Positions 18,595-28,857 are shown, counted from the first letter of the stretch. The stretch: 64,000 bases of DNA from Nitrospinaceae bacterium (GCA_965237905.1 OZ250172.1:1728001-1792000); one strand, 5' to 3'. Program-made: numbers and translations. Notes: generated by a model from the letters alone, not told the origin.

Positions 18595-19662
18595 TTGACT
18601 CAAAAAATTCAATCAGTTCTGGTGATAGGATTGGGAAAGGTTGGGAAACTGGTCGCAACCTTGCTGTTTGAGAACGGGTATCGGACTACCGGACTGGACT
18701 CCAGTTCTCATCAGGGGTACCCCTTCAAAATCATCAAGGGGCGTGTCCAAAGTAAGAGTGTTCTAAAAAAAGCCATTAAAGATCACGATGCTGTGGTCAC
18801 CTGTCTACCCTACGATCTCAATCTGGAGGTGGCCCGGGAAACCCATAGCGCCGGTAAACATTATTTTGATTTGACCGAAGACGTTCCCACCACCGAAGCC
18901 ATCAAAAAATTATCCAAAACCGCTAAAGGGGTTATGGCTCCCCAGTGCGGTCTGGCGCCAGGTTTCATTTGTATTGTGGGTGCAGACCTTGCCGGGAAAT
19001 TTCGCAACCTGCGGAGCATTGAACTGCGAGTGGGCGCATTACCCCAACATCCCCGTGGACTCCTGGGCTACGCCTTCAACTGGTCGCCGGAGGGAGTGGT
19101 CAATGAATATTTAAACGATTGCGAAGTCATCAAAGAAGGCATGCGGGCCAAGGTGACTTCTATGGAAGGTTTGGAAACTATCGTCATCGATGGGGTTCCT
19201 CTGGAAGCCTTTGCCACTTCCGGCGGGCTGGGAACCATGTGCGAAACCTATGAAGGCAAAGTGGAGCATCTCAATTATAAGACCATCCGCTATCCCGGCC
19301 ATTGCCAATTGATGAAATTCTTTTTCAACGAATTGTTCATGCGCAAGGACCGTCAGAAGGCAGGTGAAATTCTTGTGAACGCCAAACCTCCGGTGAGTGA
19401 TGACGTGGTTTTTGTGCACGCCGCGGTGGAGGGTCAGCAGGACGGAAAATTTATGAGAGAGGAATTTGTGCGCAGTTATTATCCGCTCGACATTGGTGGA
19501 CGTGACTGGCGAGCCATCGCCTGGACGACCGCAGGATCCGTTTGTGCAGTGGTGGACCTGGTGTCGCGCGGTGTTCTTCCACAGAAAGGATTCATCAAGC
19601 AGGAAGATATCCCGCTCGACCAGTTTTTTAAAACACCCACAGGCCAATATTTTCTTTCCTAA
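18595..19662 (+). CDS. Saccharopine dehydrogenase / lysine 6-dehydrogenase family protein
   Basis: GLGKVG Rossmann motif, HYFDLTED, CGLAPG, YKTIRYPGH; TTG start after GAGGAG. Confidence 0.85.
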   Translation: MTQKIQSVLVIGLGKVGKLVATLLFENGYRTTGLDSSSHQGYPFKIIKGRVQSKSVLKKAIKDHDAVVTCLPYDLNLEVARETHSAGKHYFDLTEDVPTTEAIKKLSKTAKGVMAPQCGLAPGFICIVGADLAGKFRNLRSIELRVGALPQHPRGLLGYAFNWSPEGVVNEYLNDCEVIKEGMRAKVTSMEGLETIVIDGVPLEAFATSGGLGTMCETYEGKVEHLNYKTIRYPGHCQLMKFFFNELFMRKDRQKAGEILVNAKPPVSDDVVFVHAAVEGQQDGKFMREEFVRSYYPLDIGGRDWRAIAWTTAGSVCAVVDLVSRGVLPQKGFIKQEDIPLDQFFKTPTGQYFLS

Positions 19663-19957
19663 ACTAAGGAACCGTCCCACGATTGATCGTAAGCATCCCC
19701 CGTATCTTCAATTTATATTTTCTTTCCTGCATGGCATTTCTGCGGCTGCCTAAGTTCAGCCATTCGATTTTTACACACCGATTAAAATCCAAAATCCGAA
19801 ATAGATTCTTATAACTCATTGATAAAATAGAGATTAAAAAATAATGGTATTCCTATAAAATTTAGCTATATATTGCTTTATACTAATTTTCAAAGTAACA
19901 GGACATTTAACAAGGCCTAACAAGGCCGTTGAAATATTTAAAATAAGGTGGTGGCGC

Positions 19958-21397
19958 GTGTTTAAATGGGGTTTGTTTAAAAAAGATTTGGCTGATCCGG
20001 ATATTCCGGATGATATAAAAAAGCAGATGAAGTCCATTTATTCGAAATTTTCCGGCTCCGATCCAGTGGTTCTGGTCATGGATCAATTAGGTCAGGTGAT
20101 TCGGGAGCAGAAAAAAAAGATAGATGAAAATATACAAAAAGTCGAAGCATTGGAAAAGAGACTAAAGCAGGCTTATCGCGAAAAAAACTTTCAGGCTGAT
20201 CTTTTGACCAGTATGTGCGATGAAATTCAGGCGCCTATTCATACTATGAATCAGCTTGGAGATTGGTTGAACCAAACCCATCTGGACCCTAATCAAAAAG
20301 CGGGTTTCGATTTTTACCGCATCACTGGGAGAAAGCTGAACGATCTGTTTAAAAATATTATTGATGTCGCCAAACTGCGGGAAGGCATTTTTCAGCTGGA
20401 CCCCATTCCATTTCAGTTGAATGAGGTGGTGCGCGAAATCATGCTAACCCTGAATCTCACTGCCCAGGAAAAGGGAATTTCCTTACACATAAATATTGAT
20501 CCCGATATTCCCCAATATATTGTTGGAGATATGAAGCGCTTGGAACAGGTTCTGATCAGTTTGATCAATAATGCCATCAAGTTTACTTATCAAGGCGAGG
20601 TCCGGGTGTCGATTCAAAAAGGTCGCGATGACGGCGCGGAATGTGTCATTAACTTTTTAGTTATGGATAGCGGGATGGGCATTCCCGAAACTCAGTTGGA
20701 TACTATTTTTGAGCGTCTGGCTCAGGGCGACCCGGATGTCGAACGAAACTTCGGTGGCACCGGCCTGGGTCTTTATATCTGCAAAAGTTTTGTGGAGCAA
20801 ATGGGTGGAGCTATTTGGGCCGAAAACCGCAAAGAAGGAGGCGCTACGTTTGGGTTTGGGATCCTGTTTGAAAAAGGATCATTGGAGGAAATTGAAGAAG
20901 AGCTTCTGCTTCTCCCTCAAAAAAGAGAAATCGATGACTTCGACCTTGATAGGGGTTTTCCAGGGGATGAGGTTCCCGGAGAAGCAGTTGCGGCTGACAA
21001 TAACGATAAAAATTTAAAAATTCTTGTCGTGGATGATTGTCAAGATACCTGCCGGTTAATTGAAAGTTATTTAGCAAAGGGTTCCTATGTAGTTGATATT
21101 GTGAATAATGGAAGGGATGCCCTTGAGAGGCATGCAACCGGAGAATATGATTTAATTCTGATGGATATTCAATTGCCGGGTTTGGATGGTGTCAGCGCGA
21201 CCATAGAAATCCGCAGTAAAGAAGTCCAGAGTGCCCGCAAAACCCCCATATTTGCTTTGGTTGGAACTTCCAGTCAGACCAATGGATATTATCTTGCCGC
21301 TGATTTCGATCTATCCCTGATGAAACCTATTTCCAAGGACACACTTTTGGAAGCCATTAGCACGCTTAAAATCCCCGACAAAAAAATCGTTAATTAG
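19958..21397 (+). CDS. Hybrid histidine kinase-receiver protein with a degenerate H-box
   Basis: NNAIKFT, DSGMGI, GGTGLGL; receiver VVDD...LMDIQLP; H-box reads SMCDEIQAP. Confidence 0.85.
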   Translation: MFKWGLFKKDLADPDIPDDIKKQMKSIYSKFSGSDPVVLVMDQLGQVIREQKKKIDENIQKVEALEKRLKQAYREKNFQADLLTSMCDEIQAPIHTMNQLGDWLNQTHLDPNQKAGFDFYRITGRKLNDLFKNIIDVAKLREGIFQLDPIPFQLNEVVREIMLTLNLTAQEKGISLHINIDPDIPQYIVGDMKRLEQVLISLINNAIKFTYQGEVRVSIQKGRDDGAECVINFLVMDSGMGIPETQLDTIFERLAQGDPDVERNFGGTGLGLYICKSFVEQMGGAIWAENRKEGGATFGFGILFEKGSLEEIEEELLLLPQKREIDDFDLDRGFPGDEVPGEAVAADNNDKNLKILVVDDCQDTCRLIESYLAKGSYVVDIVNNGRDALERHATGEYDLILMDIQLPGLDGVSATIEIRSKEVQSARKTPIFALVGTSSQTNGYYLAADFDLSLMKPISKDTLLEAISTLKIPDKKIVN

Positions 21398-21534
21398 AAA
21401 AAAATATTTTTTCCCGCTTGTTCATCAAGGCATAATCTGGTACTTTTTAGTTCCGAAAAATTCCATTTTAAAACTAATTACTAATTTATGAGCTTGGGGA
21501 TTACCTGGCTCTTATTGCTTTGAGAGGAACTAAT

Positions 21535-21963
21535 ATGCCTGCAAGAACATCGGAAGCTCGTTGGGAAGGAAATTTAAAAGAGGGAAAAGGAACCATGAAA
21601 TTGGGAAGCGGAGCCTACGAAGGCGCCTATTCGTTTCCTTCCCGTTTTGAAGATGGATCTGGAACCAATCCGGAAGAATTGATCGCCGCCGCCCACGCCG
21701 GTTGCTATTCCATGGCGTTCTCTGCCGGCTTGGGAAAGGCTGGGTTCAATCCTACCAGCGTCGATACCAAAGCGACGGTGACCCTGGAAGCTGTAGAAGG
21801 CGGTTTTGGAATCACCAAAATTGATTTGGTATGTGAGGCGGTTATCCCGGGTATTGATGAAGCACAGTTCCAGGAACATGCCGAGGGCGCTAAAAATGGA
21901 TGCCCCGTATCCAAAGCCCTGGCTGGACCTACAATCAGTTTAAAGGCCACCCTGAAAAAATAA
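21535..21963 (+). CDS. osmC: OsmC family peroxiredoxin
   Basis: GTNPEELIAAAHAGCYSM and CPVSKAL. Confidence 0.92.
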   Translation: MPARTSEARWEGNLKEGKGTMKLGSGAYEGAYSFPSRFEDGSGTNPEELIAAAHAGCYSMAFSAGLGKAGFNPTSVDTKATVTLEAVEGGFGITKIDLVCEAVIPGIDEAQFQEHAEGAKNGCPVSKALAGPTISLKATLKK

Positions 21964-21977
21964 TTGAATACCTTCAA

Positions 21978-22017
21978 TCACACGAGCCTGACATGAAGGC
22001 AGGCTCGTGTGACTTTC
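21978..22017 (+). terminator. Stem-loop, probable terminator after osmC
   Basis: TCACACGAGCCTG / CAGGCTCGTGTGA 13-bp stem followed by CTTT. Confidence 0.6.
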
Positions 22018-22078
22018 TCAAAACCATGATAAGGCCACCATTTTAAAATAAGCCTAAATAGGCTAATGGTGTTTTGCG

Positions 22079-23074
22079 ATGTCAGGTCCTAAAGATATTT
22101 GGGTGGTCATAGAGCATTCGGATGGGACGGTGAAGCCGGTCAGTCTGGAAGCGATTCACGCGGTCCGCCAGCTATCTTCCAAATCGGGCGGTCAGGTCAA
22201 GGCAGTATATTTAGGGTCGCAGAGTGGGGATGGAATCAAGGCGGTTGCCCGTGCGGGAGTGAACCAGGTTCTATTGATCGTTGATCCGGAGCTGGAGGCT
22301 TATACCAGTTCCCGCTATTTGGCGGCTCTGGTTGGCTGCATGGGCGACTCTCCGCCATCCGCAATCCTGTTACCAGCAACGAACCATGGCAAAGAACTGG
22401 CCCCTGCCCTGGCTTCAAGTTTGGGTTCCGGACTGGCCACGGATTGTATCGGCCTGGATTATAGTGAATCCTCTGGAATTACGGTGAAGAGGCCCGTATA
22501 CGCTGGTAAAGCCTCATCCTCTCTGGAGTTTTCCGGACCTGAGCCGGTAATCATAACCCTCCGACCCAATGCATTCCGGTCTGACCCGCCCGCAGATGCC
22601 AAAGAAGCTCCTATTATTGAACACTCCCCCGAGTGGACCGAACACTCCCGTCTCCTGCACCTGAAGGAAATTATCAAAGGAAGCGGGACATTAGATATCA
22701 CCGAGGCCAGAATTGTGGTCTCCGGCGGATTGGGAATGCAGGGCCCTGAGAATTTCCACCTATTAGAGGAGCTGGCAAATGTGCTTGGAGCGGCGGTTGG
22801 CGCCAGTCGGCCGGTGGTGGACAATGGCTGGCGGGATTATTCCAACCAGGTGGGCCAAACCGGCCGAACCGTAGGTCCTGATTTGTATATTGCCTGTGGA
22901 ATTTCTGGTGCCGTACAGCATTTGGCCGGAATGTCCTCTTCCAAATGTATTGTGGCGATCAATAAGGATCCGAATGCGCCAATTTTTGAGGTGGCCGATT
23001 ACGGAATTGTTGGCGATGCCCTTCAGATTCTTCCCATTTTGACCCGGGAATTTAAAAATGTAGTTCAAGCATAG
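22079..23074 (+). CDS. etfA: Electron transfer flavoprotein alpha subunit
   Basis: AVGASRPVVD, QVGQTG, LYIACGISGAVQHLAGM, AINKDPNAPIF. Confidence 0.95.
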   Translation: MSGPKDIWVVIEHSDGTVKPVSLEAIHAVRQLSSKSGGQVKAVYLGSQSGDGIKAVARAGVNQVLLIVDPELEAYTSSRYLAALVGCMGDSPPSAILLPATNHGKELAPALASSLGSGLATDCIGLDYSESSGITVKRPVYAGKASSSLEFSGPEPVIITLRPNAFRSDPPADAKEAPIIEHSPEWTEHSRLLHLKEIIKGSGTLDITEARIVVSGGLGMQGPENFHLLEELANVLGAAVGASRPVVDNGWRDYSNQVGQTGRTVGPDLYIACGISGAVQHLAGMSSSKCIVAINKDPNAPIFEVADYGIVGDALQILPILTREFKNVVQA

Positions 23075-23115
23075 ATTTTCTTCCCTTTTGCCCTCGTATT
23101 ATTTATATTCTCCAC

Positions 23116-23781
23116 ATGAGTTCTCTTTCCAAACAGCAGATCCTAACGGTTCTAAGCAATGCAAAGTTGGAATTAGGGGATATTCAATTTTCTGATGAGA
23201 TGATCAGTCGTTTTCAGGAATTCTGCGCACTTCTTCAGAAGTGGAATGACAAGATCAACCTGACCAGCGAGAAAGACGCACTCTCGATTCTTGAAAAGCA
23301 CATTTTTGATTCCCTGCAATACCTTCGCTGGCTGGATTCATCTCATAAAACCCTCGACATCGGCAGTGGCGCCGGGTTTCCCGGTATTCCTATCAAGATT
23401 ATTTACCCCGATTTGGATTTAACTCTGATGGAGAGCCAGAGGAAGCGGTGCAATTTTTTGCGCGAGGTCATTCGCTCCTTAAAGTTGGATAGAATTGATG
23501 TGGTGGAAGGGCGCGCCGAGAGTTTTTCTGGTCACGATACCTTTTTGGAAAGATTTGATCGGATTCTTTTTCGAGGATTCAGCTCTTTGGGCACCTGTCT
23601 AACCATCGGCCTGCCTTTTTTGAAAATAAACGGGAAGATAGTACTAAAAAAGAGTCCGGAAGAGATGCCGGACTCAACCTCTGAAACCGTCCAAAATGCC
23701 CGGATTATCGCGTCAAAAGAAGTTGAAGGATTTGAGGGGCAGGGTTCTCTAATGATGATTATTGAGAAGTGTTCCACGTGA
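23116..23781 (+). CDS. rsmG: 16S rRNA m7G527 methyltransferase
   Basis: WNDKINLT, HIFDSL, LDIGSGAGFPGIP; lies upstream of parAB. Confidence 0.95.
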   Translation: MSSLSKQQILTVLSNAKLELGDIQFSDEMISRFQEFCALLQKWNDKINLTSEKDALSILEKHIFDSLQYLRWLDSSHKTLDIGSGAGFPGIPIKIIYPDLDLTLMESQRKRCNFLREVIRSLKLDRIDVVEGRAESFSGHDTFLERFDRILFRGFSSLGTCLTIGLPFLKINGKIVLKKSPEEMPDSTSETVQNARIIASKEVEGFEGQGSLMMIIEKCST

Positions 23782-23785
23782 AACA
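23770..23785. promoter_or_regulatory. parS centromere site 1 (overlaps the rsmG stop codon)
   Basis: TGTTCCACGTGAAACA, 15/16 match to the TGTTTCACGTGAAACA consensus. Confidence 0.9.
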
Positions 23786-23862
23786 TTTTCAATGTAACTC
23801 AGTGAGTCAATTCATTCAGTTTTCATGAAGAGTAATATTAAATTTTTCAATGGGTTATAATC

Positions 23863-23878
23863 CGTTCCACGTGGAACC
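23863..23878. promoter_or_regulatory. parS centromere site 2
   Basis: CGTTCCACGTGGAACC; the inner 14 bp form a perfect palindrome. Confidence 0.8.
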
Positions 23879-23958
23879 CTGAAATCTCTAGGAAATTGAT
23901 TGTTAAGGTGGAAATCTTGTGTTAATTTTGGCTGGCGTGCAACTTGTAAAGGAATCTC

Positions 23959-24768
23959 ATGCCTAAGATCATCTGTGTTGCCAATCAGAAGGGAGGGGTC
24001 GGGAAGACCACTACGGCCATCAACCTTTCGTCCTGCATCGCCCTCACCGGAAAGAAAGTCCTTTTAATTGATTTTGACCCGCAGAGCAACGCCACCACAG
24101 GTTTGGGGCTCTATTTAAATGACTCCCAAATGGGAATTTATAATCTTATCGTCGGCGATGCTGATATTGATCAGGTCACTTATCCGACAGCCATTGATAC
24201 TCTGTATATCATCCCATCCACGGTAGATCTGGCGGGTGCAGAAATCGAACTGGTCAACCAGGAGCACAGGGAGTCAATGCTCAAAACCGCTTTGAGCCCA
24301 CTTGATTCCAAGTATGAATTTGTAGTCATTGATTGCCCCCCTTCCCTTGGCCTGTTGACATTAAACGCATTGACGGTCTGCAATTCGGTTTTGATTCCTA
24401 CGCAATGTGAATATTATTCCATGCAGGGTTTGGGTCGCTTTATACAAACCATAAAAATGCTTAAAAGCGCCCTCAATCCCGAACTAAAAATTGAGGGCAT
24501 TCTCTTGACTATGTATGATGGAAGAACTTCTCTGGCTCACCAGGTTCGGGAGCAAATCCGGAAATATTTCAAGGAATCCCTTCTGGGTACCGTCATCCCC
24601 AGGAACATTCGCTTGAGTGAAGCCCCCAGCCACGGAAAGCCCATTGTGCTGTATGACAACCATTCGAAAGGGGCCGATTCCTATATCGAGTTAGCCCGGG
24701 AAATTATTGCGCGTAATAGAAAAACCGCAGAAACATCAACCTTGGAAACCAGTGAGACGACCCCGTGA
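23959..24768 (+). CDS. parA: Chromosome partitioning ATPase ParA/Soj
   Basis: NQKGGVGKTTT, DFDPQSNAT, IDCPPSLG, IPRNIRLSEAPSHG. Confidence 0.97.
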   Translation: MPKIICVANQKGGVGKTTTAINLSSCIALTGKKVLLIDFDPQSNATTGLGLYLNDSQMGIYNLIVGDADIDQVTYPTAIDTLYIIPSTVDLAGAEIELVNQEHRESMLKTALSPLDSKYEFVVIDCPPSLGLLTLNALTVCNSVLIPTQCEYYSMQGLGRFIQTIKMLKSALNPELKIEGILLTMYDGRTSLAHQVREQIRKYFKESLLGTVIPRNIRLSEAPSHGKPIVLYDNHSKGADSYIELAREIIARNRKTAETSTLETSETTP

Positions 24769-25625
24769 ATAGACAAGCTCTAGGCAAAGGTATCAAGGCC
24801 CTCATCCCAAATTTTGAAACGAAAGAATCCGCAGGCGCCACCACGGCAGGTATGGTGGAGTTATTGATCGATGAAATATCTCCCGGTGAAACCCAGCCCA
24901 GAAAAGACTTTAATGATGAAAAACTGAAAGAGCTGGAAAACTCGATCCGGGAGAATGGAGTGATCCAGCCCATCGTTGTTCAGAAGCGGGGCGCAGGTTA
25001 TGAAATTATATGTGGCGAGCGACGCTGGCGCGCCAGCAGGAAAGCCGGTCTTAAAAAAATTCCCGCCGTTATTCGCGAGGCCAGCAGTACTCAATCCCTG
25101 CAAATGGCCCTGATCGAAAACATCCACCGCCAGGACCTGAATCCGATCGAAGAAGCTGAGGCCTATAAACGATTGTCACATGAGTTTGGACTGACGCAAG
25201 AAGTCATTGCCAAGCAGGTCGGAAAAAATCGGGCGACAGTAGCCAATTATCTCCGTCTCCTCAAGCTATCCAAGGGGTTTCAGGATGACCTGATCACCGG
25301 ACGATTGACCATGGGTCACGCCCGCGCCATGCTGGCACTGGAAACCGAGAAGGAGATGGAAGAAGTGCGTCGGGAAGTCCTCAGGCAAAACATGAATGTC
25401 CGGCAGATCGAGTCCTATATTCGGACCAAAAAGAATCCCGCGGGAGCGAGGCCTAAAAAAAAATTAGTCCATAAGGACATATTTATAAAGGATCTGGAAA
25501 AGGAATTTCAGCGCCACCTGGGTACCAAAGTGGAGATCACCCCAGGCAAAAAAGGCGGCAAAGTTGTTGTTTCTTATTATTCTATTGATGACTTGAACCG
25601 AATTCGTGATATGATAGTATCCTAA
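24765..25625 (+). CDS. parB: Chromosome partitioning protein ParB
   Basis: ALGKGIKAL, QPRKDF, GERRWRAS, ENIHRQDLNPIEEA. Confidence 0.97.
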   Translation: MNRQALGKGIKALIPNFETKESAGATTAGMVELLIDEISPGETQPRKDFNDEKLKELENSIRENGVIQPIVVQKRGAGYEIICGERRWRASRKAGLKKIPAVIREASSTQSLQMALIENIHRQDLNPIEEAEAYKRLSHEFGLTQEVIAKQVGKNRATVANYLRLLKLSKGFQDDLITGRLTMGHARAMLALETEKEMEEVRREVLRQNMNVRQIESYIRTKKNPAGARPKKKLVHKDIFIKDLEKEFQRHLGTKVEITPGKKGGKVVVSYYSIDDLNRIRDMIVS

Positions 25626-25688
25626 TTTCTGAGAGTCCCATGCCTTGTTTTTTTCCAACCCATAAAACTCCTTCCAAGGGGAGAAGAC

Positions 25689-26096
25689 ATGACCGCAAAA
25701 AATAACGTTGAGAACATTAAAGACATTAAGGCCTATTTAGGTGAAGACACTGTTTTTAGTGGGACGCTGAGTTTCAACGGCGTTGTCCGTATCGATGGCA
25801 AGATGGATGGTGAGGTCAATACCGATGACACTTTAATTGTCGGAGAAAACGGAGTTCTGGAAGCGGACATCAATGCAGGAACGGTTATCTGCCGGGGAAA
25901 AATCAAAGGAACGATCAAAGCATCCAACCGAATCGAGATTCACAACAACAGCGAAGTTGTGGGCAACATTTCAGCCCCCGCCCTTCTGGTTGAAAACGGC
26001 GCGATCTTTGACGGCAGTTGTGACATGACCGGGACCGAAGGCAAGATCATCAAGCTGGTCCAAAACGAAGAAGCGGAATCGGCCACCTCAGTTTAA
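25689..26096 (+). CDS. Bactofilin (polymer-forming cytoskeletal protein)
   Basis: Beta-helix repeats YLGEDTVFSGTLSF...RIDG...LIVGENG...ENGAIFDGSC. Confidence 0.92.
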   Translation: MTAKNNVENIKDIKAYLGEDTVFSGTLSFNGVVRIDGKMDGEVNTDDTLIVGENGVLEADINAGTVICRGKIKGTIKASNRIEIHNNSEVVGNISAPALLVENGAIFDGSCDMTGTEGKIIKLVQNEEAESATSV

Positions 26097-26122
26097 AGTC
26101 ATCCAGCAGAATCAGACAGTAG

Positions 26123-26160
26123 AAAAAACCGGCGATAGGGTTCCATCGGCCGGTTTTTTT
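26123..26160 (+). terminator. Rho-independent terminator
   Basis: AAAAAACCGGC...GCCGGTTTTTTT. Confidence 0.75.
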
Positions 26161-26250
26161 ATTCCTTCCCCACAGCACGCTACCCCATAAAAACCTTTTA
26201 ATCCAAATAGTTATTGAGATTTGCCTGGACCACCTTTACAATACGTATGT

Positions 26251-26958
26251 ATGTCACATGAAGGGAAGGGTCGCTTGTATGTGGTGAGTACTCCCATTGG
26301 AAATCTGGGGGACATCACTTACCGCTCTGTGGAAATGTTGCGTCAGGTTTCGCTGATCGCGGCGGAGGATACCCGTCGCACCAGTATTCTCCTGAACCGT
26401 TACGAGATTGCTACGCCTCTTTCCAGTTACAACAGTTACAACAAGACCCGCAAGGGTCCCGGAGTTATAAAAAAAATATGCCAGGGGGAGGACATCGCTT
26501 TGGTTTCCGATGCCGGTACGCCGGGTGTATCCGATCCTCTGTACCATCTGGTGCAGTTGGCGTTGGAACAGGAAGTGGAAGTGATTTCCATTCCCGGACC
26601 CTCGGCGGTTCTGTCGGCGTTAACGGTATCGGGATTGCCGATGGACCGTTTTCGGTTTGAAGGATTTTTACCCCGCAAAAAGAGACGCAAAAGAATTATA
26701 GAAGAGTTGGCGGAACATTCCGAAACAGTGGTGCTGTTCGAATCTCCGCAACGTATTGACAAAACTCTGAACGAGTTGAGGGAAGTGTTTGGAAACCGTA
26801 ATGCCGCTATTACCCGGGAATTGACCAAGATGCATGAAGAGGTGTTGCGGGGAGGACTAGACGATTTGTGCAAGGCCAGCGAGGGCCGTAAATGGAAGGG
26901 TGAAATAACATTAGTCCTTTCGGGCAAATCCTATAAAAACAAAAGCAAGGAGAATTAA
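26251..26958 (+). CDS. rsmI: 16S rRNA C1402 2'-O-methyltransferase
   Basis: LYVVSTPIGNLGDIT, AAEDTR, LVSDAGTPGVSDP, RELTKMHEE. Confidence 0.95.
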   Translation: MSHEGKGRLYVVSTPIGNLGDITYRSVEMLRQVSLIAAEDTRRTSILLNRYEIATPLSSYNSYNKTRKGPGVIKKICQGEDIALVSDAGTPGVSDPLYHLVQLALEQEVEVISIPGPSAVLSALTVSGLPMDRFRFEGFLPRKKRRKRIIEELAEHSETVVLFESPQRIDKTLNELREVFGNRNAAITRELTKMHEEVLRGGLDDLCKASEGRKWKGEITLVLSGKSYKNKSKEN

Positions 26959-28271
26959 TGTCGATTATTTCAGTTGTAGGTCCCAAAGGTGGCATCGGTA
27001 AAACCACTTTATCGATCAATGCCACCGCCGCGCTGACCCGGGCTCTAGCCTCCGGCAAATACAACAACCGGATTTGTCTCGTCGATTTGGACCTTCGTTT
27101 GCCTACCATCACCAGCCTTCTGGACAGCCATCCGTCCAAAACGTTTTACGATCTGTTCGAATGTCTGGGCAAAAAAACCTATCAGACCGACTTTTTGAAA
27201 ATTGTCCATCAGCTGGTCACCAGTTTCCAGGCCTATATCGATGGCAATATTCCGGCCCGCAACGAAAAGTTGATCGAGGTGTTTCACCATTACCATGTCA
27301 TGAACACCGATTTGTTCCTCGCCTCGGAATTCAAATTTGGGAATGCGATTCACGAATTGCTGATGAAGCGTCGCGAGATCAAGAACATTTCCCAAATCAA
27401 AAAATTACAACCCATCCTCAAGAAAATCGATCTCGATGAATTCAAGCGCATCCTGGATGCAATGAATCAGGCCTCCCGACCCGTGATGGAGGAATATATC
27501 AGTTACATTGAAGAGTATGGTTTCTCCATTTTAGGCGGGGAGGTCCCCATCCTGGGCAAACGGGCACACCGCAAACGGATCAACGAACCGGAATTCCTCC
27601 TGCGCTTTCTCGAATTTTTGGATACCGTGTTCCAAAAGTTTGAGCATGTGATTGTGGATACCCCGGCAGGCGGGGTTAACCACATGTCCTCCCTGATGAA
27701 TATGATCGACCAGGTTCTGTTCATATTCGACCTGAGCAACAACATCGCGATCAACGGAAGTATCGATGCCGTCCACACCTTTATCGATTATTACGAAGAG
27801 TTTCAGGCGGACTATGCCAAAGGCCAGTTGGTGGGGCTCGACCGCGCCCATGTCAAACGCCTCATCGCGCAAAAGGGGAAGGGCGACCTGTATCAATCCA
27901 TTAAAAACAAAAAACTGGGCCTCGTGTTCAACCGTTGCCAGAGCAATCACGAAATCGAGAAAGCTCTGAAAATGCTACGGGAATATCTGGATACCCTGGA
28001 CAAATATCATCAATACAAAACCCGGATCCAGATCGTGGGCATGGTTCCCAATAATAAAGTCATTAATATCACCAACAACAAAAAGACCCTTTTTTATAAT
28101 ATGGATATCGGCCTGAGTGAACGCATGGACCAGATAGCGAAAGCCGTTTTGTCGGAGAACACCACTTGCCCCACACTGGCGGATGACGACAAAACCATCA
28201 TCAGCTATTTGAATAAAATAAAGAAACCCCAGCTGTTCGATAAACTGACGAGAATAGCCAGCACCAACTGA
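26958..28271 (+). CDS. ParA/MinD-family ATPase with a large helical insertion
   Basis: Deviant Walker A GPKGGIGKTT, VDLD, IVDTPAG; 437 aa; TAATG-coupled to rsmI. Confidence 0.85.
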   Translation: MSIISVVGPKGGIGKTTLSINATAALTRALASGKYNNRICLVDLDLRLPTITSLLDSHPSKTFYDLFECLGKKTYQTDFLKIVHQLVTSFQAYIDGNIPARNEKLIEVFHHYHVMNTDLFLASEFKFGNAIHELLMKRREIKNISQIKKLQPILKKIDLDEFKRILDAMNQASRPVMEEYISYIEEYGFSILGGEVPILGKRAHRKRINEPEFLLRFLEFLDTVFQKFEHVIVDTPAGGVNHMSSLMNMIDQVLFIFDLSNNIAINGSIDAVHTFIDYYEEFQADYAKGQLVGLDRAHVKRLIAQKGKGDLYQSIKNKKLGLVFNRCQSNHEIEKALKMLREYLDTLDKYHQYKTRIQIVGMVPNNKVINITNNKKTLFYNMDIGLSERMDQIAKAVLSENTTCPTLADDDKTIISYLNKIKKPQLFDKLTRIASTN

Positions 28272-28278
28272 TCGCATT

Positions 28279-28857
28279 ATGGAAAACATCAAGCTCGGCG
28301 TACTCACTCAAGCCCAATACCAGTTTTTGGTATCCAAAGAACCTCAGGGATACTACGATAACCGGACCCGGGAGCAGTTGTACAGTTTGATCGATAAACT
28401 GGCGGGCCACAAAAAACATTGCACCAAAGAAGAAACGCGGTTGCACAAACGATTTCAGAACGCCGAATTTGGTATTCTGTTGCCGGGCAACCGCAAAACC
28501 AACGGACCTCTTAAGTTCAAGGTTTCCGTTTGTCTTGACGGAGAGCATGAAGGGGATATCACCACCGGTGGAACGCTGATCATCAACGAAAAGGGGTGTG
28601 TGCAGGGAAACATTTCGGCGAAAGAAATCGTTTGCAAAGGCAAAATGGCAGGGAATGTTTCAGCGGGTCAAAAGTTAACCCTCTATTCAACCGGAACATT
28701 GATGGGCGATGTGGTTGCACCCGCAGTTCAAATTGCTCCCGGAGCGATGTTTCAAGGAAAATGCAAATTGGGGAACCCCGGACTCAAAGCCGCACAGAAA
28801 AAAGAAGAGCGTGTCCCCATCAAAAACCGGATCATCCAATTGTTTCGAGCGGGTTAA
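28279..28857 (+). CDS. Bactofilin with an N-terminal extension domain
   Basis: C-terminal LDGEHEGDI...LIINEKG...IAPGAMFQGKC bactofilin repeats. Confidence 0.85.
   Translation: MENIKLGVLTQAQYQFLVSKEPQGYYDNRTREQLYSLIDKLAGHKKHCTKEETRLHKRFQNAEFGILLPGNRKTNGPLKFKVSVCLDGEHEGDITTGGTLIINEKGCVQGNISAKEIVCKGKMAGNVSAGQKLTLYSTGTLMGDVVAPAVQIAPGAMFQGKCKLGNPGLKAAQKKEERVPIKNRIIQLFRAG

Noticed and set aside
23933..23948. Sigma54-like box upstream of parA (TGGCGTGCAACTTGTA)
   Set aside because: The -12 element is GT rather than GC and lies too close to the start codon; not supportable
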